The notes below the pieces were generated by a model. It did not search any database, was not told where the DNA came from, and was given only the letters and a program-made list of their open reading frames with translations. The position numbers and the translations under genes are program-made. Shown here one piece after another: positions 1 through 8,067 of a stretch of 64,000 nt of DNA; within the stretch, counting starts at the first letter, position 1, and every line of letters starts with the position of its first letter. The stretch is taken from the sequence record OR532817.1; one strand, given 5' to 3'.

Positions 1-497
1 GACGAGAGAATGTTCTCTCATAGAAATGCGAAGAAGCCGAGTTTATCTGTCCCTGCGTGAGTGGGCTAACATTTGAATAGGACAATACGTAGATGAATGA
101 AAAAGGTTTAAAGGGAAGTATTTGATTCCCTGTAGTATAGTTAATGAGTTAGTACTGATTTAGATGTAATCATTGAGTAGTACTACTGTCGCAAAGGGAA
201 ACCTTTGGCTTCCATGGGGAGTGATGACAGAAGGGCATTATCCTCCATATAGAGTTACTGCTAATAACTCCGTAAGTTGGGTTGTGGCAAACCTCCTAAA
301 ATAAGTAATAACAGTACTACTGCTTGATGGATTTGTTACCCGTAGGTAGTACTGATTTTAATTTAAAGAATACCCTCCGCCAAGAAAGGTGCATGTAACT
401 TGAACATGTGAACTACGGGAACAGTACTGAACCATTCAGTACTGATTCCTCTCCAAATTTTGGATACAATAATGCTAGGCTTCAGTTAGTACTGAGT

Positions 498-612
498 GAG
501 AATGATAATGATTCTCATTTGAATTGGATGAGAACGATTCTCATTTACTATTGCAAATGATAATAGATTGCATTTACGAATGGTTCTCATTCGCAGATGA
601 TAATGATTCTTA
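498..612. promoter_or_regulatory. Cluster of five Fur-box-like 7-1-7 repeats
   Basis: TGATAATGATTCTCA 503-517, TGAGAACGATTCTCA 529-543, TGATAATGATTCTTA 598-612; weaker copies 558-572 and 575-589; compare Fur consensus TGATAAT-n-ATTATCA. Confidence 0.7.
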
Positions 613-747
613 TTCAAAATTGATTTTTCCGATTTTTTCCATTAGTCCCCCTTCAGCGTAGGGTTAATTTTTCCCCTGCCGAATCGGTTTTATATTTTCA
701 AAATCTGGATTAATCATATCAGTACTAACCCAGATAAACAATACCCC

Positions 748-762
748 TTTACAAATCTTTAC
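748..762. promoter_or_regulatory. CpxR-type tandem box
   Basis: TTTAC-AAATC-TTTAC, the reverse complement of GTAAA-N5-GTAAA. Confidence 0.55.
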
Positions 763-788
763 AAAAAGATTCTAAATGCGAATACAAA

Positions 789-803
789 TGATAATGATTC
801 TCA
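789..803. promoter_or_regulatory. Fur-box-like site
   Basis: TGATAATGATTCTCA. Confidence 0.7.
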
Positions 804-811
804 TTTACAGT

Positions 812-860
812 ACTGAATACTTTTCCCCACGCTCTGGCGTCTCCGGTTCCTCCCGTCTAT
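812..860 (-). ncRNA. Two-hairpin sRNA-like element, copy 1
   Basis: Minus-strand TTGACT (889-894)/TATAAT (867-872); core hairpin ACGC-CAGA-GCGT then GGGG; no ORF. Confidence 0.5.
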
Positions 861-962
861 ATAAACATTATACAGTACTGAAATATTAAGTCAATACTAT
901 TTTTTCAAAAAGATTAAAATAAAATACTTGCAATCCTGATATTATTATATTATAATGTTTAC

Positions 963-1010
963 AGTACTGAGAAAGTGCTTTTGCCCGCTAGGGTGCGGGG
1001 GAGTATGCGT
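963..1010 (+). ncRNA. Two-hairpin sRNA-like element, copy 2
   Basis: TTGCAA (928)-17-TATAAT (951); AGTACT-GAGAA-AGTGCT; GCCC-GCTA-GGGT-GCGG. Confidence 0.55.
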
Positions 1011-1014
1011 TAAA

Positions 1015-1029
1015 TGAGAATGATAATCA
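1015..1029. promoter_or_regulatory. Fur-box-like site between convergent sRNA copies 2 and 3
   Basis: TGAGAATGATAATCA. Confidence 0.7.
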
Positions 1030-1039
1030 TTTACAGTAC

Positions 1040-1080
1040 TGGACGGATTTTCCCACCCTCGGGGGTCTCTTTTTGTCTAT
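1040..1080 (-). ncRNA. Two-hairpin sRNA-like element, copy 3
   Basis: Minus-strand TTGATA (1109-1114)/TATAAT (1087-1092); ACCC-CCGA-GGGT-GGGA. Confidence 0.5.
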
Positions 1081-1119
1081 GTGGTAATTATACAGTACTG
1101 GAATACTATATCAAGTCTC

Positions 1120-1134
1120 TTTACAAATCTTTAC
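1120..1134. promoter_or_regulatory. CpxR-type tandem box
   Basis: TTTACAAATCTTTAC. Confidence 0.55.
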
Positions 1135-1228
1135 AATCCACCCGGGGAGATTTATCTTTACAATAAAAGTACTTGCATAATTCTTTCAGTACTGCTATTA
1201 TATATTCATACCAAACAGGAGAACTACC

Positions 1229-1399
1229 ATGAAATACGCGTACTCTTATTTTATTGTAAACGGTGAACGTTTGACCATCGGCCAGGCAGCGGTAAAGCAT
1301 GAAATCATTTGCGATGATCTGGCAAAGATGCTACCAGGTGAAACGCAAGAGTTTTACAAGGGCTTTCAGAAAGTCACTGTAACACGTTGTGAAGATTGA
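1229..1399 (+). CDS. Hypothetical protein (56 aa, not in ORF track)
   Basis: Promoter at 1173, RBS CAGGAG, MKYAYSYFIVNGE...RCED*. Confidence 0.75.
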   Translation: MKYAYSYFIVNGERLTIGQAAVKHEIICDDLAKMLPGETQEFYKGFQKVTVTRCED

Positions 1400-1464
1400 T
1401 CCAGTATTAGGGGTAGGAATACCCCTAAAACGTCCTGTAACGCATTATAAGAGGTTTTTATAAT

Positions 1465-1692
1465 ATGGCTATAGAAGTTAACGCTGGGGATATAAAGGCG
1501 GCTGTACTGCGTACCCTGAAAGCATACGGCAGAAAGCTGAATGATCGCAACGTTCCCTATTATTTCCTTGCTGCTACTCATAAAATGGCAATCGCTGAGG
1601 CTCGCGGGTGGCTGAATGATCGCAGTACTGTAAAGAGTACCAGAACAAGAAACGCAATTGAGCGATGGATAAAAGAATTAAATCATTTCTAA
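1465..1692 (+). CDS. Hypothetical protein
   Basis: 75-aa ORF with plausible composition; weak RBS. Confidence 0.6.
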   Translation: MAIEVNAGDIKAAVLRTLKAYGRKLNDRNVPYYFLAATHKMAIAEARGWLNDRSTVKSTRTRNAIERWIKELNHF

Positions 1693-1764
1693 TAGTTCAG
1701 TTATGGAATCAGTACTGATTCCCTGTTTAGTACTGAAATTATAAGGGGAGTTAATTAATTCCCC

Positions 1765-1779
1765 TTTACAAATCTTTAC
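1765..1779. promoter_or_regulatory. CpxR-type tandem box
   Basis: TTTACAAATCTTTAC, 10 bp upstream of the -35 of sRNA copy 4. Confidence 0.6.
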
Positions 1780-1823
1780 AAAAGAATGGTTGACATAGTA
1801 TCCCAGTACTGGTATTATGTATT

Positions 1824-1872
1824 CATAGACAGAACAAGTCTTTGGCCCACCGGGTGCGGAGGAGTATCTATT
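1824..1872 (+). ncRNA. Two-hairpin sRNA-like element, copy 4
   Basis: TTGACA (1790)-17-TATTAT; AGAC-AGAACAA-GTCT; GCCC-ACC-GGGT-GCGGAGGAGTATCTAT. Confidence 0.65.
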
Positions 1873-1880
1873 AGATTGAA

Positions 1881-1901
1881 TGATAATGATAATGATTCTC
1901 A
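1881..1901. promoter_or_regulatory. Overlapping Fur-box-like sites between convergent sRNA copies 4 and 5
   Basis: TGATAATGATAATGATTCTCA. Confidence 0.75.
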
Positions 1902-1914
1902 TTTACTGTACTGA

Positions 1915-1965
1915 ATATATTTCCGCACCCTTTTGGGCTTTTCGATTACTTTCTACTTGTTAATA
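1915..1965 (-). ncRNA. Two-hairpin sRNA-like element, copy 5
   Basis: Minus-strand TTGCAT...TATACT; GCCC-AAAA-GGGT-GCGGAA. Confidence 0.5.
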
Positions 1966-1998
1966 AGTATACCATAATCAGTACTGAATGCAATGGTC

Positions 1999-2013
1999 TT
2001 TACAAATCTTTAC
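1999..2013. promoter_or_regulatory. CpxR-type tandem box
   Basis: TTTACAAATCTTTAC. Confidence 0.55.
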
Positions 2014-2110
2014 AAAAGAAAATAATTATAAAAAGTACTGAAAAAGTACTTGACGCAATAATGTAGTACTGGCATAATACATCCATACCAAACAGAACGG
2101 AGTAACTAAA

Positions 2111-2398
2111 ATGTTTAATGAAAATGATCATATTGTTAAAGAGTTTTCTTTCAGTAAGCCTATCCATTTAGAAAACGGTGAAACGCTGGACAATAAATTT
2201 TATGGTAGTATTATTAAGCGTTATACATCGCGGAGTAGTACTGGAATTTTGTGGGAAGTGAATAAACAGTACAATGGTAATTCGCTGGTTGTCAATGAGT
2301 GGGAAAGTTATGCAGTAGCTGAAATGGATTTTTCTAACTTTATTACTGAATCTTTGAACGATGATATCTTTTACAAGTTCACAGCGGAAAGGGTTTAA
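2111..2398 (+). CDS. Hypothetical protein
   Basis: Own promoter at 2049, RBS GGAG. Confidence 0.8.
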   Translation: MFNENDHIVKEFSFSKPIHLENGETLDNKFYGSIIKRYTSRSSTGILWEVNKQYNGNSLVVNEWESYAVAEMDFSNFITESLNDDIFYKFTAERV

Positions 2399-2518
2399 AA
2401 AGTTTTAAAGAGTACTTGACAACATAAACCAGTACTGTATAATGTATTGCATAGAAAGGAGATTCCATTATTCTGGAATCTCCGATAAAACAAACTAATC
2501 GGTGAAGGAGTAATTGCC

Positions 2519-3127
2519 ATGAATGTTATCGATACCATCTATTCTAAATCTTTTATCGAACTGAATGAAGAGCAGAAAGAAAAAGCAATTGATATTATGC
2601 GGGAAATTGAAAATCAGGACACTACCCCTTATTGGTCAATTGATCTTGTTAACCAGATGAAAGAAAAATTAGTACAATATGGAATTGATGATTCTGAAAT
2701 TTTGTGGTCTGGATTTTGTTCACAGGGAGACGGTGCAAGTATCAGCACTGAATCAATTAATACTGAGATGTTTTTACGTAAGGTAAAAGCGTGGTCTAAA
2801 TTTAAAGGCTTGCGTAAATTCATCTCCGAAGAAACTATTTCTTTGAGTGTTCGCCGGGTGAGCCATCATTACTATCATGAATATTGTGTTAGTGGTAATG
2901 TTGAAATTGCTTATTGTGAAGATGTTACCGCCAAACAAGAACAATTAGTGGACGATTTGCAAACTTTGATCACAAATACTATTCGTGATTTGTCTCGTGA
3001 ATTGTATAAAGATTTAGGGAATGAAAACGATTATCATAACAGCGATGAAGCATTGATTGAATTGATTAATGCAAATGATTATCATTTCAAAGTTAACAGT
3101 ACTGGCGACGTGTTAGGACTTGCATAA
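2519..3127 (+). CDS. Hypothetical protein, WSGFxSQGDGA motif family
   Basis: Promoter 2416, leader hairpin 2458-2483, RBS AAGGAG; motif recalled from phage/plasmid hypotheticals. Confidence 0.8.
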   Translation: MNVIDTIYSKSFIELNEEQKEKAIDIMREIENQDTTPYWSIDLVNQMKEKLVQYGIDDSEILWSGFCSQGDGASISTESINTEMFLRKVKAWSKFKGLRKFISEETISLSVRRVSHHYYHEYCVSGNVEIAYCEDVTAKQEQLVDDLQTLITNTIRDLSRELYKDLGNENDYHNSDEALIELINANDYHFKVNSTGDVLGLA

Positions 3128-3215
3128 TGACTAAATTATATATTCGTTTCTGTTTTGCCTGGTACTTGTATAATCTGCAAAATGGTTATCCAGGGAAATA
3201 GTACTGATATACTGT

Positions 3216-3247
3216 AAAACGTCCTGTAAACGATTATGGGACGTTTT
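3216..3247. repeat. AAAACGTCC-N14-GGACGTTTT inverted repeat
   Basis: Near-identical copy at 11407-11438; partial copies 1427-1457 and 16062-16092. Confidence 0.85.
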
Positions 3248-3318
3248 AAGGAATATTAGTACAATGTTAGTACTGAATGATTTAAACGCCTTACAGTGGC
3301 TTACAGGAGATTATATCA

Positions 3319-3531
3319 ATGGCTAAATGTACTATTTGTAATAAAGAAATTATTCTTTCCCCTAGTGCAGAGGAACGAGCTAAAAAGTACGGCGGAAAAG
3401 CCAGCGACTACACAAAACTCTTTACTACTCATGCGACTTGTGCTGTTAATAAAAGTTCAAATGCCAACATTGAATTAATGCGTAAAATCAATAATGATTT
3501 TATTAATTCCTGTAAAAAAGTACTTGCATAA
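3319..3531 (+). CDS. Small putative Zn-binding protein
   Basis: CxxC (CTIC) and HxxC (HATC); RBS CAGGAG. Confidence 0.75.
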   Translation: MAKCTICNKEIILSPSAEERAKKYGGKASDYTKLFTTHATCAVNKSSNANIELMRKINNDFINSCKKVLA

Positions 3532-3610
3532 AGTTTTCAGTACTGGCATAATACATCTATACCAAACAAAAAGGGAATCAGTGCTGATTCCAAGATAAGG
3601 AGTAACTGAA

Positions 3611-3925
3611 ATGAGTACTAAAGAACTGAATGTAACTACCAACACTTATAAGATGTTAGGCGGTCGGATGTTGCGTGATTATTACGCAATTGAAATCGAA
3701 GAACGCGAATTACCCGAAGATAAACACTATTGGGAAAGTGGTGTGAGTCCTCTGTTACGGGTAACAACGTCTAAGCATGTTTTCTTTACTTCTCGCATTC
3801 ATGTTAATAAGCGTGTCGAATTGACTTTCTCGTTTAGTGGAAGCTATAAAGATTATGAGATATTAAATGATCATATCGTTATCAGCAAATTTATTCAAAT
3901 GTATGGTGCGGATTCTTTACTTTAA
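3611..3925 (+). CDS. Hypothetical protein
   Basis: Promoter 3524, leader hairpin, RBS AAGGAG. Confidence 0.8.
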   Translation: MSTKELNVTTNTYKMLGGRMLRDYYAIEIEERELPEDKHYWESGVSPLLRVTTSKHVFFTSRIHVNKRVELTFSFSGSYKDYEILNDHIVISKFIQMYGADSLL

Positions 3926-4011
3926 GTACTTGACAATTCGATCCAGTACTGTATAATGTATTACACCAAAGGGGATACATAGTGTATCCCTGATATAAAG
4001 GAGTAGCGACT

Positions 4012-4371
4012 ATGCGAGCTTTTAACGTTTATAAGAATGACAAGAAAATTGACGTTGTTTATTATTCCGAAGTAATGACGGCAAAAGAAGTAACCGATTT
4101 GCTGAATAGCCGTGGTGAATACAACGGCGAAGTAAAAGCATTTCGGTCATTGAATAGTGCGAATATTCGCACAGTACTGAAAAATGCTAAAACTGTTTTA
4201 TTCAATGATGACGAATATTTTAATAAAGATGTTACGGGTATTAAAAACCTGGAAGATCTGAAAAGCCTTATTGGTATTAAAGGCAACGTATACAAAGTGG
4301 GGGAAGTCGGATCTCGCCATGAATATAAATTAGCCAATAGTGATTATAAATTTTCAATCCTGGTAATGTAA
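4012..4371 (+). CDS. Hypothetical protein
   Basis: Promoter 3930, leader hairpin, RBS AAGGAG. Confidence 0.8.
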   Translation: MRAFNVYKNDKKIDVVYYSEVMTAKEVTDLLNSRGEYNGEVKAFRSLNSANIRTVLKNAKTVLFNDDEYFNKDVTGIKNLEDLKSLIGIKGNVYKVGEVGSRHEYKLANSDYKFSILVM

Positions 4372-4372
4372 T

Positions 4373-4576
4373 ATGAAAGTTTATATTTTGGAAGTGGAAG
4401 AATGTAATTCATATTCTTACAGTGGTACACTATCACGCGTGGAGGCTGTATTTGCCAGTGAGAAAGAAGCCCACGCCGCCGGGATTTAAAAAGTAAAAGA
4501 AGGCTATGAAGGTTATAGCGTCGATGCTTATGATATTCAGGGCGATCTTTCAGTACTGTTAAAGGAATTAAAATAA
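4373..4576 (+). pseudogene. Small ORF interrupted by an in-frame TAA
   Basis: MKVYILEV...HAAGI*(4487-4489)KVKEGYEG...LKELK*; frame continues to a stop overlapping the next ATG. Confidence 0.65.
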
Positions 4577-4791
4577 TGGAATATGAATTAATATATCATA
4601 CTCGATTATATGTTATTTTCTTTGAAATAACGTTATGGGGAGTAAAGGCAACGATTTATAATAAAGACGTTGCCGACGATCAAGAATGGATCGTTGTTGC
4701 AGAAGATAAAACGCCTCATGATTCGTTAAGTACTGATTTTAAATTATGCCGTGAATTATTAAAGAGTATAAGAAAAGATAATAATATATAA
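4576..4791 (+). CDS. Hypothetical protein
   Basis: TAATG coupling, RBS AAGGA. Confidence 0.7.
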   Translation: MEYELIYHTRLYVIFFEITLWGVKATIYNKDVADDQEWIVVAEDKTPHDSLSTDFKLCRELLKSIRKDNNI

Positions 4792-4794
4792 AAC

Positions 4795-4822
4795 AAAGGG
4801 GATCAATCGATCCCCTTTTTGT
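4795..4822. terminator. Bidirectional intrinsic terminator
   Basis: AAAGGGGATC-AATC-GATCCCCTTTTTT. Confidence 0.85.
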
Positions 4823-4842
4823 TTCAGTACTGAATTAATAAT

Positions 4843-4905
4843 AGATACACTACGGCACCCTATGGGTCAGTGCCTTGTGTCCGGCTTATGTGGTTATTAT
4901 GCCAG
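4843..4905 (-). ncRNA. Two-hairpin sRNA-like element, copy 6
   Basis: Minus-strand TTGACT-17-CATAAT; GCC-GGACACAA-GGC; ACCC-ATA-GGGT-GCCGTAGTGTATCTAT; points into the 4795 terminator. Confidence 0.65.
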
Positions 4906-4934
4906 TACTGCGAACATAAGTCAATAGATGATTT

Positions 4935-4949
4935 GTAAAGAAGTGTAAA
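4935..4949. promoter_or_regulatory. CpxR-type tandem box
   Basis: GTAAA-GAAGT-GTAAA, 11 bp upstream of the minus-strand -35 of copy 6. Confidence 0.6.
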
Positions 4950-5152
4950 TGCACAGGAAGCGTTTTAAGGCGTTAATCTGTTGCTGGTGGCTGATAGTAC
5001 AGAGAAGTGTTTTAGATTGATTGTAGGCCGTTGTAGGCGTTTATAGATAGTAAAGTACTGATAATGTTTAATGATCCTGGTATGTGCAAATTATTTTAAT
5101 TTTTTTCGTATTGGGTATTGACGGATTATGTCAGTACTGGCATAATGTATCA

Positions 5153-5220
5153 CATAGAGCGACGGGCAAGACAAGTAGTCAACCTGTAAGACATACGAAA
5201 ACCAGGTGACGTTGCACTGA
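5153..5220 (+). ncRNA. Candidate three-way-junction small RNA
   Basis: TTGACG (5118)-17-CATAAT; stems GCGACG/CGTTGC, GAC/GTC, ACCTG/CAGGT; no ORF. Confidence 0.45.
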
Positions 5221-5286
5221 TTCAGTACTGAATAATACATAACATCTAAATGTTGACAGTACTAAAAAATGTAGTATAATGATTAA

Positions 5287-5460
5287 CAGAAAGAAGCAAT
5301 CCAGTAAGCATGGATTAGTGATAAACGTAGGCCGGAATCACGAAAAACTTTCAAGGAAATACCCTTGTATAAAAAGGGAAGCGTTAAGCGTAGAACGTAA
5401 ACGCGAAAATCCTAGCCTTGAACTGAAAAAGTAAACAAGGCAATTACAGAAAAAAGATTT
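5287..5460 (+). ncRNA. Candidate multi-hairpin A-rich RNA or long leader
   Basis: TTGACA (5253)/TATAAT (5275); stems AATCCA/TGGATT, GTGAT/ATCAC, CAAGG/CCTTG, CCTTG/CAAGG; no + strand ORF. Confidence 0.35.
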
Positions 5461-5552
5461 AAAAAAGTAGTTGACAAGTACTAACGAGAATGAGATAATC
5501 TCTCTCGTTGAAACAAACAAACAATCTTAATCAAAACTTAAAGGTGAATAAA

Positions 5553-6053
5553 ATGGCTAAACTGAATTCTGTTGTTGTTGCTCTGATCGCTGGTGATATC
5601 GCTGCTCTGAATGCTTCTTTCGCGTCGGTATCGATGGAAGATATGAAAACTGTTCGTAACAACTTTAACGATTTTTACTCTAAATTCAAAGCTGCAAATG
5701 AAGCGGCGGAAGCGGCGGCAAAAGAGCGTAAAGCACAGATCGAAACCGAAACGAAAGAACTGGTAGACGCCCTGGTAACTGCTGGCCTGGATCTGGAAAT
5801 GGCCGCCGAAGTCGCCAGCCAGAAAATGGCGGTGAAATATCCCGAACTGGCTCCGAAGTCGGGAACTGGTAAAACCTGGTCGTTTGAAACCGTATTCGTT
5901 AACGTTGACGGTGAAAAACTGGAAATTGGCACCAAAGGCAACAAAGGCAGTATGAAAGCACTGGCGGCGGCACGCGAAGCAATTGCCGCTGGCAAATACA
6001 AAGATCGTGCTGAATGGATCGCCGCTCACGCCTGGACTGAAACCGAAGCGTAA
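5553..6053 (+). CDS. H-NS-like protein (putative)
   Basis: N-terminal coiled-coil pattern resembles H-NS (SMEDMKT...EAAEAAAKERKAQI...LVTAGLDLE vs TLETLEE...AAAAEVEERTRKL...LIADGIDPN); GKTWS vs H-NS TKTWT; strongly biased codons; promoter 5471; RBS AAGGTG. Confidence 0.5.
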   Translation: MAKLNSVVVALIAGDIAALNASFASVSMEDMKTVRNNFNDFYSKFKAANEAAEAAAKERKAQIETETKELVDALVTAGLDLEMAAEVASQKMAVKYPELAPKSGTGKTWSFETVFVNVDGEKLEIGTKGNKGSMKALAAAREAIAAGKYKDRAEWIAAHAWTETEA

Positions 6054-6075
6054 TAATTCAGTACTGTAATAATTA

Positions 6076-6105
6076 GCCTCCTGTAATTAGGAGGCTTTTT
6101 ATTTT
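6076..6105 (+). terminator. Intrinsic terminator
   Basis: GCCTCCT-GTAATT-AGGAGGC-TTTTTATTTT. Confidence 0.9.
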
Positions 6106-6189
6106 GTTCAAAAAAATATTTTAATTTATTTTTTGAACGGACTTAAAAAATCGGATATAATAATAAAGGGTGTTAATTACAGAGACCCC

Positions 6190-6300
6190 CATAGTGTTCG
6201 CTACGCTCACATAATGATCTTACTCGTTGCACTCGTAAGATCATTATCCAATCGGCCTTTGGCTATTTCTTTTTGATTTCCTACGGAAACCAAACGAAAC
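6190..6300. repeat. Serial hairpin array
   Basis: GTG-TTCGCTACGCT-CAC; ATAATGATCTTAC-TCGTTGCACTC-GTAAGATCATTAT; TTTGATTTC-CTACG-GAAACCAAA. Confidence 0.6.
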
Positions 6301-6669
6301 CACCAGCAAAGGCAGATCCCATTATTTGATTTAGTTAGTACTGCAATGAATTAGTTTAATCGCACTACAAAGCAATCAATCCCTTTTGTAATAGCTCATA
6401 GAACGCAATAAGACGCGTTTAAATGACTTCCCTATGTAATGCCATTCCTTTTTAATAAGTCCTCTTAAAACGCGTTACAGTTCGTTATACGGCGTTTAAT
6501 AATACTCATCATTTCTTTTTCAAAAAGTACTTGCATTAATGATCCAGTACTGCAATAATGTACTCACTGAAACGCAGTAAGCGAAGTAAGTAAATGCAAA
6601 TAAGTACTTGACAAAGTGTTGTAGTACTGGCATAATGAATACATCAAAACGATTAAGGAGAAACACCAA

Positions 6670-7143
6670 ATGTTAAAACTTCATAAAGTACTTGATAACG
6701 CAGTTGTAACCGACTTTTTCCTGTCTCTTAATAACGAACCGAAAACAGCGAAGGAAATTGTTTTGAGTGGTTACATTGCCAGCAAGTCAGAGATCGCACA
6801 TTTGGAAAGTGCTTTCAAGTGTGGGGATGTATTGTACAGAAAAATGCAAAATACCATCGAAGATTTGCAATATATCAATTTACGTGATATTGTAGACAAT
6901 AAATTAGATATTTCAGAAGAAGCACGCGAAAACCTGGTAAGTAAATTATGTTACCGCTGCCGAACTGCAAAATGGAATCGCATTCGTAGTATTATTACTT
7001 ACGATTTAAGTAAGATCGATTCTAAATCAATTCTTGAACGTATGTTATTAAATTTGCAAAGCAATGAATGGTTTTATACTGCTGCCCAATCTCATAGCGA
7101 AGAAATTGCATATATTCGTGATTATGTAATTTACAGCAAGTAA
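6670..7143 (+). CDS. Hypothetical protein
   Basis: Tandem promoters 6531 and 6608, RBS AAGGAG. Confidence 0.85.
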   Translation: MLKLHKVLDNAVVTDFFLSLNNEPKTAKEIVLSGYIASKSEIAHLESAFKCGDVLYRKMQNTIEDLQYINLRDIVDNKLDISEEARENLVSKLCYRCRTAKWNRIRSIITYDLSKIDSKSILERMLLNLQSNEWFYTAAQSHSEEIAYIRDYVIYSK

Positions 7144-7216
7144 TTAATAATTGATTAGCCATCAATAAAGCTGGTGGCTAATAGAATATTAATAACCTGT
7201 TAGGAGAATAATCTTT

Positions 7217-7486
7217 ATGAAAGGTATTAGTACTTTAATTGATAAAAACACTCATGTAAGACGTTCAATGATTGCCGTATCACTGGCTAAAGTTGTTGCA
7301 AGTGGTTATCTGGTTTTTGTTGTAGATGGTAAATTGCAAGAGCGTTCAATTGCATTTAGTACTAAAGAAAATTGCCGTTATATTGTATACAAGAAAGAAG
7401 CATACAAGATAGATTTACCAGCGAAACCGATCTCCGGTGGTTACAATGTTGAAAGCCTTTATGAAAGGCCACCGTATACTGCGTAG
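7217..7486 (+). CDS. Hypothetical protein
   Basis: RBS TAGGAG. Confidence 0.75.
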   Translation: MKGISTLIDKNTHVRRSMIAVSLAKVVASGYLVFVVDGKLQERSIAFSTKENCRYIVYKKEAYKIDLPAKPISGGYNVESLYERPPYTA

Positions 7487-7740
7487 AATCGATTTTGAGC
7501 GGCTTTAATGAAATATAGGGTATCAGTACTGATACCCGTTTAAAACAGTGTAGGAGTGATTCTGTGAAGCGTGAACAAGCTTTATTGACGCCTGAAGAGG
7601 CAAGACGCTATGAAATGTTTTCAAACCAGGAAACGATCAAAGCGGCACAATATAACCCGGTTGCTTGTACAGTACAAAGAAAGAATTTTGTACTAAATGA
7701 AGTAGAAAGTATTATCAAATCAAATAAGGAGTAAAACGCT

Positions 7741-8013
7741 ATGCAAAATAACCGCCCAATGATCCGCAACATGCTTTTCGTATTCCAGAAAAAAGTTAAT
7801 GTAACTTCGGTAAATGGTGAACGTAAATTAAATGCAGCATTCGCCAAATATACCCAAAGTAAAAACATCCATTACTTTTATCTTACTCTGAATGAGTTTA
7901 ATGATCTGGTAAAAGAAATGTTTGTCAGTACTGAAATTGTTGCACCTGTAAGCACTGATATCATTCTAAAAGAATGGGAAAGTTTTTACAAAAGTTCTGT
8001 TGTAATCGCTTGA
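7741..8013 (+). CDS. Hypothetical protein
   Basis: RBS AAGGAG. Confidence 0.8.
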   Translation: MQNNRPMIRNMLFVFQKKVNVTSVNGERKLNAAFAKYTQSKNIHYFYLTLNEFNDLVKEMFVSTEIVAPVSTDIILKEWESFYKSSVVIA

Positions 8014-8067
8014 CAACATAATCCAGTACTGGCATAATAACTACATAGACCACAAAGGAGAAACATA

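Noticed and set aside
620-720. T-tract/C-tract segment as the physical genome end
   Set aside because: Suggestive low-complexity pattern only; termini cannot be inferred without read data.
1081-1266. Track ORFs 1081-1266, 3296-3478, 10728-10952, 33245-33436, 48790-49104, and the 5' extensions of 14236 and 11792
   Set aside because: They run through promoter DNA or overlap better-supported frames; alternative starts with RBSs were chosen.
5153-5220. Hammerhead ribozyme or c-di-GMP riboswitch
   Set aside because: No CUGANGA/GAAA core; only a short GGGCAA resemblance to the c-di-GMP-I motif.
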